Shown here: positions 13,004-29,692 of the stretch, one piece after another | Numbering within the stretch: the stretch's first letter is position 1 | Layout: every line of letters begins with the position of its first letter | NCBI GenBank assembly: GCA_951406725.2 | Contig: OX597828.1 | Location: 73,532,001-73,596,000 of the forward strand | Source of the DNA: Octopus vulgaris | Lineage: Eukaryota | DNA: 64,000 nucleotides | Direction: 5' to 3' | The notes under the pieces: generated by a model | The model's database searches: none | Seen by the model: the letters and a program-made list of their open reading frames with translations, nothing else | What the model was told of the DNA's origin: nothing | Program-made: the position numbers and the translations under genes

Positions 13004-13387
13004 GCTGTTGTTGTTGTTGTTGTTATTGTTGCTTGTGCTCTTGTTGTTGCTATTGTTGTTCCGTATGTGTTTACTTTTGTCTTAATTACTTCTTGTCAGA
13101 TCCCAGTTTACTTTGTCATGTTTGCCTGAAAAATTTCCACTGAAGTTTGAACCTGGTCGTTCCTTTCTGTAGGTATGGTCACCTCCCACCACCTGTCTCT
13201 CTCTCTCTTTTACATCATTTCTTTCTTTTTATCTCCTGTTTTCTTCCTTGTCTTTCCATTTCTTTCGCCTTTATACATACCTGCATATATATATATATAT
13301 ATAAATAAACACGTATACATATATATATATAGATACATGCATACATATACATATGCGTATATGTATATTATATCAAATGTATATTTA

Positions 13388-13425
<38 letters not shown>

Positions 13426-13811
13426 CATACACATATATATATATGCACACGTATACAGATATATATACACACACATGTATACATATATTTATATATATTA
13501 TATTATATCATATATATGTACACCCACACACATATCTATGTATATACGTATATAAGTATTACTCTCTCTTCCTTTCTTTCGCCATCTCTGTTGCTCTCTT
13601 TTCTTTCTTTCTTTCTTTCTTTCCGTCTTTCACTCCTCGGCTACAAGGATTATGTACTTTCACACAAGTTCCAAACACACTGGCGTCTGCACGAACTTTA
13701 GATAAAAGAAACGGTAAATCCCAAGAAAGAATAAAATGAACTTCCAAGGAATAAAAGATAAACACAAACTAAACGTAAAAACAGAAGAAGCCATCTTGGA
13801 TGCAAAAATAC

Positions 13812-13857
<46 letters not shown>

Positions 13858-13878
13858 GTAATAATAATAATAATAATA

Positions 13879-13938
<60 letters not shown>

Positions 13939-13945
13939 TTGATGT

Positions 13946-13997
<52 letters not shown>

Positions 13998-15297
13998 ACG
14001 AAAATCTACAATGAAAAGAACAAGAAAAACTACGTGCCGTTCGGTTGTCAGTTAATAAACAGCGTTTGAAATGCTATAAATTGAAGTGAAAGCCGTTTTG
14101 GCTTTGAACAGCGACCTGCTGATACAGATACAAAACATCTCAAACAAGGTGGTGGGTGGAAAAGTAAAGGTTGGAGGTGATGTATTGATAGATCGGGGCG
14201 GAGTAAGTGCCGCAGGGGTGTCGATAAAAATGCATGATCACGTAAATCTTGAATTGAGCAAAAGTATTGGGCAATGAGGAACTTATACATAATGTTTGTA
14301 TTGATCCGTTAATTTTTGATGGCGAAAGATATTTCCATGCGTAAGGTAGAGAGATGTTTGATGTAGGAGAAGATGTTTTGAAGGGGCTGGGCTATGGGCG
14401 GGCATGCGTAGATGGTGGGATGTCGTCACCGTGATATTCTAGATCATGGGCCGATATAACTTTTCCAAACCTGTTCACGTTCTCTCTTCACTTTCGCTGC
14501 CACCAATAACCCACCCCTCCTTCTAGAAGATCTGATGTTCCATTTATTCGAATTGTAAAACACGACTGATTTTCAAAGAACTTTCATGTTTGTTTTATCG
14601 ATCTCCCCTTTGAATAGACATAAGTTAAAATTTATTGCGCTTGCAGTTGTTGAATTTGTTATTTTTGCTTAAGACCAAGTCGGCCCTTATCATATAAATC
14701 CGGGATCAAAAGCCATCCAACCCTGACCATCACAATTGCTTTGTTTTTACCCATACTTTACCCTAGAGTAGTTTTATCAAATTTATTCATCTTCTATTCA
14801 AGTCTGTAATGTATGATTTTATCGACATTTCGTCGCCATTTCTGCATGACTTGCAGCTACGTAAAACGCTTTATCGTTGGTTTGAAAATTTAAAAGTCTG
14901 TTTATGAAATGAACATTTAGTTAATTGCATTGTATCCCAAATATATTCCTGGTATTCACTGCTGAGGTTTACAATAAAATGGCCGAAATATTAATCTCGC
15001 CGGTCTAGATTTATATTGCAACAGAACACATTCGTAATTTTCTATAATATTAAAGTACTTTATTATAATAATGTTCTTGTCATCTTTCGTTCCATGTCGA
15101 ACTTGCAACGGTCCATAGGCAACTGGAATCCCCAAGCAGCCATATTGCTTTCCCGCGCGAACAGGTTTCTTAATCACTGGCAAGACTTCTCTCGGTCTTC
15201 TGGAGAAAAAAGTTTTTGTTAGTAGTAACTCACGATCGCTTTTCAGTCGCTATGAAGTTGGCGCAGAGAATGGGAAGAGAATGAGAGAGAGTGAAAG

Positions 15298-15330
<33 letters not shown>

Positions 15331-16067
15331 AGAAGAAGAAGAAGAAGAAGAAGAGGAGGAGGAGGAGGAGGAGGAGAAGAAGCAGAAGAAGAAGAAGAAG
15401 AAGAAGAAGAAGAAGAAGAAGAAGAAGAAGAAGAAGAAGAAGAAGAAGAAGAAGAAGAAGCAGCAGAAGAAGAAGCAGAAGAAGAAGCAGAAGAAGCAGA
15501 AGAAGAGGAAGGAGAAGAAGAAGATAGAGAAGAAAAAGTAGAAAAAACAGAAAAAAGAAGAAGTGAGGAGGAGGAGGGAAGGAGGTGACCCTCCTGTTAA
15601 TGGAAGAGAAGGAAGAAAAGAAGCAGAGATCAAACCCAGTATTTGACTGGTTGTTTATTGAAACAATTTGATTTGAAATCTTGAAATCAGATCTCAGAGC
15701 CATAAAAAAAATTATAAGTCACCTTATTCGATATCGCCATGTCTTATAGTACGTCATATACCCTTCTATCACTCATTCAAATTACCTGACGAGTTTGACC
15801 CTTCTCTACCCTCCGTTGTTTCGCGAACATATTCTCACCTTCAGTATAGCCCTTTGGATCATTCACGTACTTGATACCTCGTCCAGGATCTTACTCCTTT
15901 ACTGTAGCATTAGTACAGCTCTGTTACTGCGGGAACAATAAATTACTATTTTCTTCCTAGCATTGTACCCATTGAATACCAAAAGGAACACTGCCAGAAA
16001 CAGTATATTTTCAAAGATATATCTTTGACCAATGATAAATCTAAAGAAATTTGTATTAAATTAGTAA

Positions 16068-16225
16068 AGTTTAGCGACATTTCGTTCGTCTTTACATTCT
16101 GTGTTCAGATCCGCCGAGTTCGACTTTGCCTTTCATCCTTCAGGATCGATAAAATCAGTACGTACCAGTTGAGCCCTGTGGTTGGTAATCGGCTTAACCC
16201 ACTCCTATAATTGCTGGCCTTCTAA
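16068..16225 (+). mobile_element. Deu/Nin-domain SINE fragment
   Basis: cgactttgcctttcatccttcaggatcgataaaa. Confidence 0.75.
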
Positions 16226-16420
16226 CCCATTTTCACATCATTTGACGGCGATTTGCAAATATAAAGGAAACTTCACCGTTTGCGTCGATGACCGTTACAA
16301 GTATCCAATCAACTGAACTACTAACTATTTGAAATTTGCTTTGTAAGTGGTCGATACACCATAGACAATGTACCATTAATTTAGTCAAGAACTTGTATAC
16401 ACACGACATCTTCCAAGTTC

Positions 16421-16545
16421 ATTCACAAGGCTTTGGTCTGTTCGGCGCTATAGTAGAGATGTTTGCCCAACATGCCATGTAGTGAGACTGAACCCGGAAC
16501 CATGTGGTTAGGAAGCAAACTTGCTACCACACAGTCACATCTGCG
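16421..16545 (-). mobile_element. CORE-like SINE, 5' part
   Basis: Aligns with about 47903-48016. Confidence 0.75.
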
Positions 16546-16580
16546 TGTATAACTACGCCTGCGCCTACATATACATAAAC

Positions 16581-16611
<31 letters not shown>

Positions 16612-16623
16612 CATAACAATATA

Positions 16624-16684
<61 letters not shown>

Positions 16685-16699
16685 CATACATATATATAC

Positions 16700-16736
<37 letters not shown>

Positions 16737-17465
16737 TGTATGTATATATATATATACATTTGTATATATACACACACACATAAGTGACTGTGTGTGTCAG
16801 TGTGTGCGTGTTTATGTGGGTGTGTAATTTGCATATTTGCTATTTCTCTCACTATTAACGGAAGAAGCAAAAATAGAAATAAATTGCCGTATAATTAGCG
16901 GTGTAATTAATGAAGAAATATTTATGAGAACAGGAAATTATAATTAAAACAAATAAAAAGTAAATTAATATACTTTCGTGTTTTACAAAATGTTTGCATT
17001 AATAACGCTACAAGGGAATTTTGGCTTCGAAAAATATGTTGATGTTTTACACATTAAAAATTCTATAGTACGGGAGGAGGAGGAAGATGGTGGTGGTGTT
17101 GGTGATAGTAGTGGTGGTGGTGGTGGTGGTGGTGGTGATGGTGGTGGTGGTGGTTGGTAGTTGGTGAGGATGACTATTTTGGCGGCCTGGTTCATGGTGG
17201 TAGTGATGGCGATAATTGTGGAGAGATGAAACAAAACAATAGAAAGTCAAGCGTAGCAGAGCGACATAGAATATGCATTTATATATGCAAGCTCACACGC
17301 ACATGTACTATAGATAGGAAGATACATACATGCATACATACATACATGCATACTTACATACATACATGCATACATGCATATAAATATATGTATATGTATG
17401 TATGTATGCATATACATACCTTTATAACTCTACGTATGTGTGTATACCTCTATAGATATATAATA

Positions 17466-17541
<76 letters not shown>

Positions 17542-17634
17542 TAGAGTTTGGCCATGGGCTCTTAGGAGCCTCGTTCGATTTGTTTTGCTGCGCCTCTGTT
17601 CTGTTTTTGTTTTTGCCAACGGATTTCCTATTTC

Positions 17635-17714
17635 TTCCTGAAGAGAAAGACACAATATGGTCTCCTTATTCAATCGGAATTTGGTAAATTGTGGCTTTCG
17701 AAACACGTGTAGAA
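17635..17714 (+). ncRNA. Type I hammerhead ribozyme with palindromic stem III
   Basis: ttc-CTGAAGA-gaaag...ctttc-GAAA-cacgtg-TA-gaa; stem III ACACGTGT; AATAAA just downstream; host element about 17545-17770 flanked by (TA)n. Confidence 0.8.
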
Positions 17715-17781
17715 TGCAATAAAACGATTTCTGTTCAATCTTCGTTCAACTCCATTTCTTCAATTCACTAATAATATATAC

Positions 17782-17815
<34 letters not shown>

Positions 17816-18112
17816 GTGTGAATGTGTGTGTGTGTATGTATGTATGTATGTATGTATGTATGTATGTATGTATGTATATATTTGTATATAGGTGAAGCCT
17901 TCAAGCTTAAAGCGCAGCAGACATTTCTGTGCCTCGAAGACCAAGTAGAATACCCGTCCAAGTACCGGAACTTCACAAGTTTCGACAATCGGTTTCCGGT
18001 GTTCCTGGTTTCGCTGTGATTGGACAGAAATTTGTTTCCTATTTTCGATGGGATTCAAAACTTTTCACACATTGACTACCTCTCGTCTAGAATATGATGG
18101 AAGGCTTACCCT

Positions 18113-18185
<73 letters not shown>

Positions 18186-18448
18186 TTTGTCTACATGCAT
18201 ATGTATTATAGGCATACATAAATACATGCATATGCATGTATGTACGTACGTATGTATGTATTTATGTATGTGTACAGAAAGGGAGAGAACCAGAAAGAGA
18301 AAGCAAAGTGTGGTTTTGGAGTGAGAATACTAGGTATATATATATATATATATATATAGTTAATCCAAACATGAAAACACAAAGCGAAAACACAACGCGA
18401 GGACGTGGAACATGTATAGTATTATTATATGCTCAGGAAAGAAGGAGG

Positions 18449-18483
18449 GTTTAACGTTTAGAGTGGAGCTCTTCGTCAGAAAC
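18449..18483 (-). ncRNA. Degenerate minimal hammerhead (G12>U)
   Basis: Minus strand gttt-CTGACGA-a-gagctccactc-TAAA-cg-TT-aaac; host element about 18360-18550 ends in (TA)n. Confidence 0.6.
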
Positions 18484-19127
18484 ATAGGAAAATGAAAGAT
18501 CCAAAGAAGGGAAGATGGAGGAAAAAAATCGCCAACGGTACCCACGCGATCATTTTTGATTTTTAGGAATCTAATATTATGGTCGATGAGAGAGTGACCA
18601 TTGGTTTCGTGCCAATAAATTGCTCAGCAGTATAGGAGACTCATCGGAATTAAATGGCTGAGGTGTGAAGAAATAGCTCAGCTATTTACGTGGAGCTCCG
18701 AGGAAAGACAGTCTAGCTGGAGTGGTAGTTCCGTTAATGCAAGAATTACTGCTGCCTTTCAAGACAATTATTCCCGATATATACAAAAGACATTGTCAGG
18801 GACATTCTCCACGTTAGAAAGGGCAATGATTGCTGATGCTACATTAAAAACGCCTCTTCCGGTGTCTCTGCTGCAGCCATATTAGAATGATTATATTTTG
18901 TTAATCTTAATGCCAGAGACAAATAAACAATTAAGAAAATATCTTTCGCCTCAATATGAATAAAAGGCTGATATTTAACTACCCCCTCCCCCCACCCCCA
19001 GCCTCTCCCACATCTTCTTCTCTTCTCTTTGCTGTTCCCATTGTTGTTATGGTGATAAGAGAAAAAACAATTTCATGAACATCAAAAAATATAATAAATG
19101 CAATAATAATGATAATAATAATAATCT

Positions 19128-19262
19128 TTTCTGCTCTAGGCACAAGGCCCGAATGTTTTTCGGAGGGGCCCAGTCGATTAGATTGACCCCAGTACGCAAC
19201 TGGTACTTAATTTATGGACCCCGAAAGGATGAAAGGCAAAGTCGACCTCGACGGAATTTGGA
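19128..19262 (-). mobile_element. Deu/Nin-domain SINE fragment
   Basis: ccccgaaaggatgaaaggcaaagtcgacctcg. Confidence 0.8.
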
Positions 19263-19367
19263 ATAATAATAATAACAGTAAGAATGATAATAACGATAAC
19301 AATACTGGGAACAGCAACAACAACAACAACAATAATAATAATAATAACAATAACAATAATAATAATG

Positions 19368-19431
<64 letters not shown>

Positions 19432-19539
19432 CAACAACACTAAATCCAACGTATATCAATGAAAAGAAAGACAATATCCACAAAGTAAACAAGTGGCCTC
19501 AAGACATGGTGGGGTTTTTTAAATAGATCAAACAACGCT

Positions 19540-22180
<2,641 letters not shown>

Positions 22181-22320
22181 TTTGAGTCTTAAGGGACGGT
22201 CTGCGAAATTAAAGTAATGCCTACGGAAGAGATGAAAATATTCTAGGATTTTGATGTGGTGTAAATTATAACGTGACATGAAGTACAGAGACAGTGTTTT
22301 ACGATGGGGAATAAACAAAA

Positions 22321-22450
<130 letters not shown>

Positions 22451-22457
22451 ATATAAA

Positions 22458-22664
22458 GGCGGCGAGTTGGCAGAAGCGTTAGCACGCCGGGCGAAATGCG
22501 TAGCCGTATTTCGTCTGCCGTTACATTCTGAGTTCAAATTGCTTTTCATCCTTTCTGAGTCGATAAAGTACCAGTTTCGTACTGGGGTCTATGTAATCGA
22601 CTTAATCCCTTTGTCTGTCCTTGTTTGTCCCCTCTATGTTTAGCCCCTTGTGGGTAGTAAAGAA

Positions 22665-22666
<2 letters not shown>
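22458..22666 (+). mobile_element. tRNA-derived SINE with Deu/Nin-like domain
   Basis: tRNA-like head ggcggcgagttggcagaagcgttagc, B box gagttcaaat, gcttttcatcctttc core; tail shared with 60163-60230 and 33615-33655. Confidence 0.85.
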
Positions 22667-22730
<64 letters not shown>

Positions 22731-22758
22731 CTGTGTATATAGATAGGTAAGTATGTGC

Positions 22759-22793
<35 letters not shown>

Positions 22794-23159
22794 CATATAT
22801 AAATGTGTGTGTGTGCATGCCTCTGTATGAGTCTACGTATTCATTGCTGGGCTCAAATCTCAGTTGCGAGCCAATGGAAAACGAACCTCAACCAACTATT
22901 TTGCCTATATGTCTGTGCACAACTTTCAACGCAATGTATGCCAGAAGGTTTGCAAATCTAAGGAAGGCCTCAAAACACATTTTAAGATACCCAAATATCA
23001 GATCTTATCTGTAACTTTTGGTGGTCCGAGTCGGCTATAAAATCTGTGTGGGTGTCTTTTCAAAACATTGTCTGGTTTAATAAGCTGCATCAGATGCCAT
23101 GATAGTGCTAAGGTGTAGGCACAGGAGATGGTCCAAACTCTGCATAAGGAGTAGACAAC

Positions 23160-23193
<34 letters not shown>

Positions 23194-23246
23194 CAAATAG
23201 ATAGATAAATAGATAAATAGATAGATAGATAGATAGATAGACAGAC

Positions 23247-23289
<43 letters not shown>

Positions 23290-23306
23290 CAGATAGATAG
23301 ATAGAC

Positions 23307-23379
<73 letters not shown>

Positions 23380-23380
<1 letters not shown>

Positions 23381-25190
23381 GTTTCTTTATTGGCCACACA
23401 GGGCTGCACACAGATGGGACAAGTTACAAGGTAGAGCTTTTCTTTTGGGGGATGAAAAAAAGGGGGTGGCGTAGGTTTTCGATCAAGAGGGATCGTAAAA
23501 GGGAAGAAAAGAACAAAAAAAATAAATGAATAAAATAAAAAAAATAAATAAAAAGAATAAAAAAAAAGAAAGGGAAAGAAACAAAATAAAAGAGAAATGA
23601 AAAAAGAAGAAAAAGGGGGAAAAAAGGGGAAGAGGAAAAAAAAAGGAACGATCAATAGGGATCGTGTATCACAGTGTTATGATATATGGTGTAAAGGGGA
23701 AAGCAAGTAAGGTTTATCCGTGGGAAGAAAAGCCTACGAAAAAGACCACGGTAACCTTGGTCAATATTGTTATATGTTACCACATTTGTTTGCAAGTGGG
23801 TAACTCTCTGTTTTCAATTTCTGGGTTCATAGGCTTATGCTCAAGGTGGCTTCGTCATTCATACGTGCCATCCTTGCTACATTCACCCATCTTTTTTTAA
23901 AACATTCGCTAGACAAAACTTGCCTCTCTACTCTCACTTTCCTTTTCAAGTGGTACTTGAAAAAGTTGATGAGAGATTGACCAGAGAGGAAAGTGTTTGT
24001 CTCCAATCCTTTCAGACGCGTCCACCAGATACATTCTTTCGCCATAGCCACTAGGATGATGAAAATAGCTCTTCCTTCCCGTTTGAAGGAAGGAGGCGTG
24101 ACAATATTGACGATAGACTCAGCTGATAAACCGACTCGTCCCACACGTGACAGCAGTTGTTCGACACAAGCCCACAGGTCGGAAATTGTTGGACACTGCA
24201 CGAGTGCGTGCAGAACGGTTTCGTCGCTCTGACCGCATCTCGGGCAGGTCGGCCCCGTGTTTCTCGAGCCGTGTCTGTAGAGCTTATCCCGAACGGGTAG
24301 CGCTTCTCGGTAGCACTGCCAGGCCAGGGATCTCTGGAAGTTGTCCATGGGCCCTGGCCCGAAAGTCGTCCTGAACAGGCGGGTCAGGTACTCCTCGTCG
24401 ACGTCCAGGTTCGCCCCGAGCTCGTCGTCGTACCTCCCCTCCACTAATCCCCTATAGAATGCTTTGGTTGTGTTGAAGTCACTCAAGGTCGACCCAGGAC
24501 GGCAGAGTTGCTTGAGAGCAACGCGACACTCGCGGTGCCATTCGCCCTTCCTCGACCTCTTTTTGATCCACGACTGCAGTTCGGTCATGGAGACGAGCTG
24601 CGGGAAAGCGTGCCTCACAAACGGCGACCACACCTGTTCACCGTCGTCTACATAGAGCCAGATATCTCAGTCTCAGCGCGTGTCTGCGCATCATCAACCA
24701 CGGCATGCCCAGCCCTCCTTTTAACGGGTGTTGACAGCAAATGGATCGCCTGACAATCGGGACGCATCCTTTCCACAAGAAGTGAAAGAGAATGCGTTGT
24801 AGTTTGGTGATGGTAGGGTCTGGACAAGGTACGACGGTCAGGCGGTAGTAGATGACGGACGCGATGTACGTGTTCGCCACCTCCGCCCGACCTTTTAGGG
24901 ACAGTTTCCTCTCGGCCCATTGCCGGGCGAGAGTGACCACCCTACTCGTTATCTCGTTCCAGTTCTTCTCCACTTGGAGGTTCGGACCAAACCAGACCCC
25001 GAGCAACTCAACCGGGCCGTCGGTCCAGCGTCCCACGACGGAGGCGCTGGTGGACGGCATGGGCTTGCTTCTCCAGGTGCTTAGTCGCAAGCCCACTGAC
25101 TTTTCCCGGTTGATTTTCGCTCCTGTCACCGCTTCGTAGTTTTTCAGTGTCTCGCCGACCTGCTCGATGTGCTCGTGGCTAGACACTATG
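23380..25190 (-). mobile_element. 5'-truncated Tx1/L1-clade LINE (end of RT, zf-RVT, 3' UTR) in (TATC)n
   Basis: ORFs 24638-25190 and 23827-24633 (one frameshift): GAKINREKSVGL, LLGVWF, LSLKGRAEVAN, GGLGMP, CPRCGQSDETVLHAL.QCP; AATAAA then (TATC)n. Confidence 0.92.
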
Positions 25191-25273
25191 ACAGATAGAT
25201 AGATAGATAGATAGACAGATGGCGGACAGACAGAAAGACAGGCAGCAAACTTACAGAAAGAGAGAAAGCATTC

Positions 25274-25326
<53 letters not shown>

Positions 25327-25579
25327 TTTATATATACATAGATACATATATATATATACATACATACATGGTGGCTGCCCCCTCATTATCGAATATGGCC
25401 ATTGCACGAAGCTTAATCAATGTTGTTATCGTGCAATGCCTGTGCAAGAAGATTTTTTTTTTAAGTGAGGAAAGGCTGTGCACTGAGTCAATCCCACTCA
25501 CTAAGCAACAGCAGTCATAATCCGAAAAGAAGAAAAAGTCGATATTATCGGTAACCACTGAGCCGCAGATTTATGCCGG

Positions 25580-25920
25580 AGTTATCCCAGTTACTTGAGT
25601 TGCCTTCTCCTAGAAGGATGCCCTAATAAAGGCTATGAGTCCTTCACTCCCAACGATTTAACCGCACGATCGGGTATTTAGTCCGATTATTTCTATGTCC
25701 CCGCGCATAATATAGCCTTAAGACATTTATAGGATGGCCGTTGACTCTCAAGAGTTCCTCCGCCCTTTGACGGGTTTTGTCTTTCATCCCGCAGGGTGTC
25801 CAATAAATACCCTCCTCAATAAGCAAGCTTAGTGGGGTTGCCGGTTTAGTCGCCGACGCCCCTCCCATGCAACAGGTTGTACTGGGTTGCATGTTACCAG
25901 TAGCACTCGAATGTGACCTG
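25580..25920 (-). mobile_element. Possible RTE-type LINE 5' UTR fragment
   Basis: gccttctcctagaaggatgccctaataaaggct resembles RTE 5' UTR motifs (recalled, unverified); GC-richer island. Confidence 0.3.
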
Positions 25921-26064
25921 ACATATATATGCATACATACATGTATATATAAATAAATTCAGGGTGAATACTTGATAAGTGTAAGCACCTGTATATGCCA
26001 GGTGGTAGCAGAGGTGAGGGGATATATGTATCAAATGAAATAAAAAACAGAAAACAAAGGATGT

Positions 26065-26158
26065 CGCGGTACACATACTTCGAGCTTTATAGAACTACTT
26101 ATTCTTACATCAATGTAAAATCGACATAACAGATAGTTTAAAGCCCTCTTCAGCCGCG
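26065..26158 (-). ncRNA. Hammerhead motif with long stem II and A15.1>G
   Basis: cgcgg-CTGAAGA-gggcttta...taaagctc-GAAG-tatgtg-TA-ccgcg. Confidence 0.6.
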
Positions 26159-26746
26159 TGCAATTGCTACATCAAAGACTTATATCACATTATGAAAGGT
26201 CTGAGAAAGAACATTTGGTATCATTTAAAATGGTAAGTAAATTGAGTATCACTGAGAAAGTATGTTTGTAAATCTTCATAATCAAATAGGTGTACAGGGT
26301 ATTATTGGACTCCAAAAATCCGTCCATACCGTTTTCTTACTCAATATAGAGAGAATACCGGGTAGATTCCGATTGGGTTCATTCCTCCTGTAAGAGAAGG
26401 AAATAAGGGCGATTGGATGTTGAGAAAAAAGAGAAAGGAAAGGAAAATGAAGAATAGAAGGGAAGGGAAGGAAACGTTAATGATGTTGGGATCACAAAAA
26501 TAGGTTTATAAGTATAAATATAATTATAAAAGATAATAAAATATAATAACAGATAAAAAATATAAGAATATAAAGATATAAATATATAAAGAACGTCAGG
26601 TATAAGGTCATAAATTCTAGAAATGTATCGTAAAAATATATGGCGCTTAATTTAAAGCACCAGAATTTAGTACGGTATTTTTGATATTATATATATACAT
26701 GTATATATATATATATATGTTCATATACATATAATAATAATAATAA

Positions 26747-27585
<839 letters not shown>

Positions 27586-27638
27586 AATAATAATAATAAT
27601 AATGTGCAGTCCTGAAATCTGAACGTGCAGTCCTGAAA

Positions 27639-28959
27639 TAAGTAAAGAATATAGATAGAAAAATACGCAAGCTGCTGAGTTGTAATAGGATGCACCACCC
27701 AAAGGCAGACGTAGATCGCCTTTACCTTCCCAGAGCCCAAGGAGGTCGAGGCATGATCCAATTTGAACTAGCTTACAAAACAACCACAATTGGACTGGCC
27801 AAATATCTCGAAATATCGAATGACTGGATGCTAAAGCTCGTGGAAAATCACGAGAGACGAAAGAAGCTTCATTCTATCATCAAGGAAAGCAAAAAATTTG
27901 CTATTGATCTCGTGCAGGATACCCAAACTGAACAACCCGAGGGAAGTACGGCAACTATTGTTGCAAAGAAGGTGAAAATGATGGCAATGAAAAAAGCGCA
28001 CGAGCAATTGGCTGATAGGTGGGAGGAGAAACCTCTGCACGGCAAATATGTGACCCGCAGCAAACAAGCTGATGTTGACCAGAAGCAAACCCATCAGTGG
28101 CTGCGGAGCTCAGGGCTCAAAGCAGAGAGCGAAGGTTTCATCCTGGCTGCTCAAGACCAAAGCCTATTAACCCGGAACTACCAGGCCAAGGTGGTGAAAA
28201 ATGGAGCAGACCCAAAATGCCGATTCTGCAACGACATGATTGAAACAGTGGACCACCTAATCTCTGGATGTAAAGTCTTAGCACCAGTGGAGTATAAATT
28301 AAGACATGACAGAGTTGGCCAATATCTACACTGGCTAATAAGTCGGCATTACAATATCAAAACTGCCGACAAGTGGTATAATCACCACCCTGAGGCTGTA
28401 ACTGAAGGAGAAAATGTAACCATTCTGTGGGACTTTCCAGTACATACAGACCGAACCATCAAGGCCAATAAACCAGATATTGTTGTGAAAGACCAAAACA
28501 ATAAAGTTTGCTTATTGATCGACATGAGCATCCCCTGTGATCATAATATCTCAGCGAAAGAGTTTGACAAGCTCAGAAAATATAAAGACCTACTCATTGA
28601 AATTGAGAAAATGTGGCATCTCAAGGCGGTTACAATACCAGTGATCGTAGGAGCACTAGGAATGATCAAGAAGGGAACCGAAAATTATATGAGAATGATC
28701 CCTGGCTTACCATCCCTGCAAGAAGTGCAAAAGATTGTCTTAACTGGTACATCACACGTATTGAGAAGAGCATTGTCGATGTGAGAACTGTTGCTGCTCA
28801 TGTATTTTAATTTAACTTTAAAAAAAAAAAAAAAAAATGAACGAACTACTGAGTTTGGTTTAATGGCCTACCAATATACACTATGAGTTTCTTTGCCCTA
28901 GGAGTCGGGAAGACACTCGGCAAGAAATGGAAGAAAATTTGAAAGAAAAAAAAAAAAAG
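27639..28959 (+). mobile_element. Young 5'-truncated RLE retrotransposon (R4/Dong-like), family B
   Basis: Uninterrupted ORF plus 3' UTR, A-run and (AAT)n; near-identical copy at 63185-63860. Confidence 0.95.
27690..28784 (+). CDS. C-terminal part of a non-LTR retrotransposon protein (thumb, zinc knuckle, RLE PD-(D/E)xK endonuclease); lacks the RT core
   Basis: RLYLPRAQGGRG, CRFC...ETVDHLISGC, RHD, KPDIVV...LIDMSIP...KYKDL. Confidence 0.9.
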   Translation: MHHPKADVDRLYLPRAQGGRGMIQFELAYKTTTIGLAKYLEISNDWMLKLVENHERRKKLHSIIKESKKFAIDLVQDTQTEQPEGSTATIVAKKVKMMAMKKAHEQLADRWEEKPLHGKYVTRSKQADVDQKQTHQWLRSSGLKAESEGFILAAQDQSLLTRNYQAKVVKNGADPKCRFCNDMIETVDHLISGCKVLAPVEYKLRHDRVGQYLHWLISRHYNIKTADKWYNHHPEAVTEGENVTILWDFPVHTDRTIKANKPDIVVKDQNNKVCLLIDMSIPCDHNISAKEFDKLRKYKDLLIEIEKMWHLKAVTIPVIVGALGMIKKGTENYMRMIPGLPSLQEVQKIVLTGTSHVLRRALSM

Positions 28960-29378
28960 TAATAATAATAATAATAATAATAAAATATTATTATTAATAT
29001 TGAATAACATTAAAAAATAAATGGCAAAATATATATCAGAGAGCATGAAATTTTTTTATTGATAAAAAATATTCTAAAGCAGAGAAATTGTTTTAGATGT
29101 GTCACCCAATATGATGACGAATTCTATCAAAATTGAGGGATAAATATGTGTGAATGTGTGTGTATGTGTGTAAGGGTTGGGGGTTTACCTTATGTATGTG
29201 CGTACAGGAATGTATATGATATGGGAATGGATATGCGCATCAATGTATGAATACACGCACATAGATTTAGACTGAAGTATAGAGGCACATTTCCAATCTA
29301 AAATACGATGATATACACACAATGACATACATTTATAAACACCCACGCATATATCGACAAAAGATGCAAAATTATACG

Positions 29379-29438
<60 letters not shown>

Positions 29439-29660
29439 ATCTATACTCAGTGGAAGATAAGAAACAATAATTCACAGAACAAAACATTAATAGAACACTA
29501 GCAAAAATACAAAAACAAAATACTAGAATAACAGTTTTGAAAATATAATAGGCAAATAATATTGCTACATTTTTGCTACATGCCTGTAGATACTTTGTCG
29601 AGTTTGTCGAGCTACGCGCGTTAAAAGACGCATACATACATACATACATACATACATACA

Positions 29661-29692
<32 letters not shown>

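Noticed and set aside
15230-15703. Poly-E/K/L/F ORFs
   Set aside because: (GAA)n repeat; no other coding signal.
18595-18655. Minus-strand CCGATGA...GAAAccaatggTC preceded by faint GIY-YIG-like text
   Set aside because: Core mismatch, no stem I, and the protein resemblance is too weak.
25840-25920. Possible HDV-like ribozyme at a putative RTE 5' end
   Set aside because: Could not assemble the nested double pseudoknot by eye.
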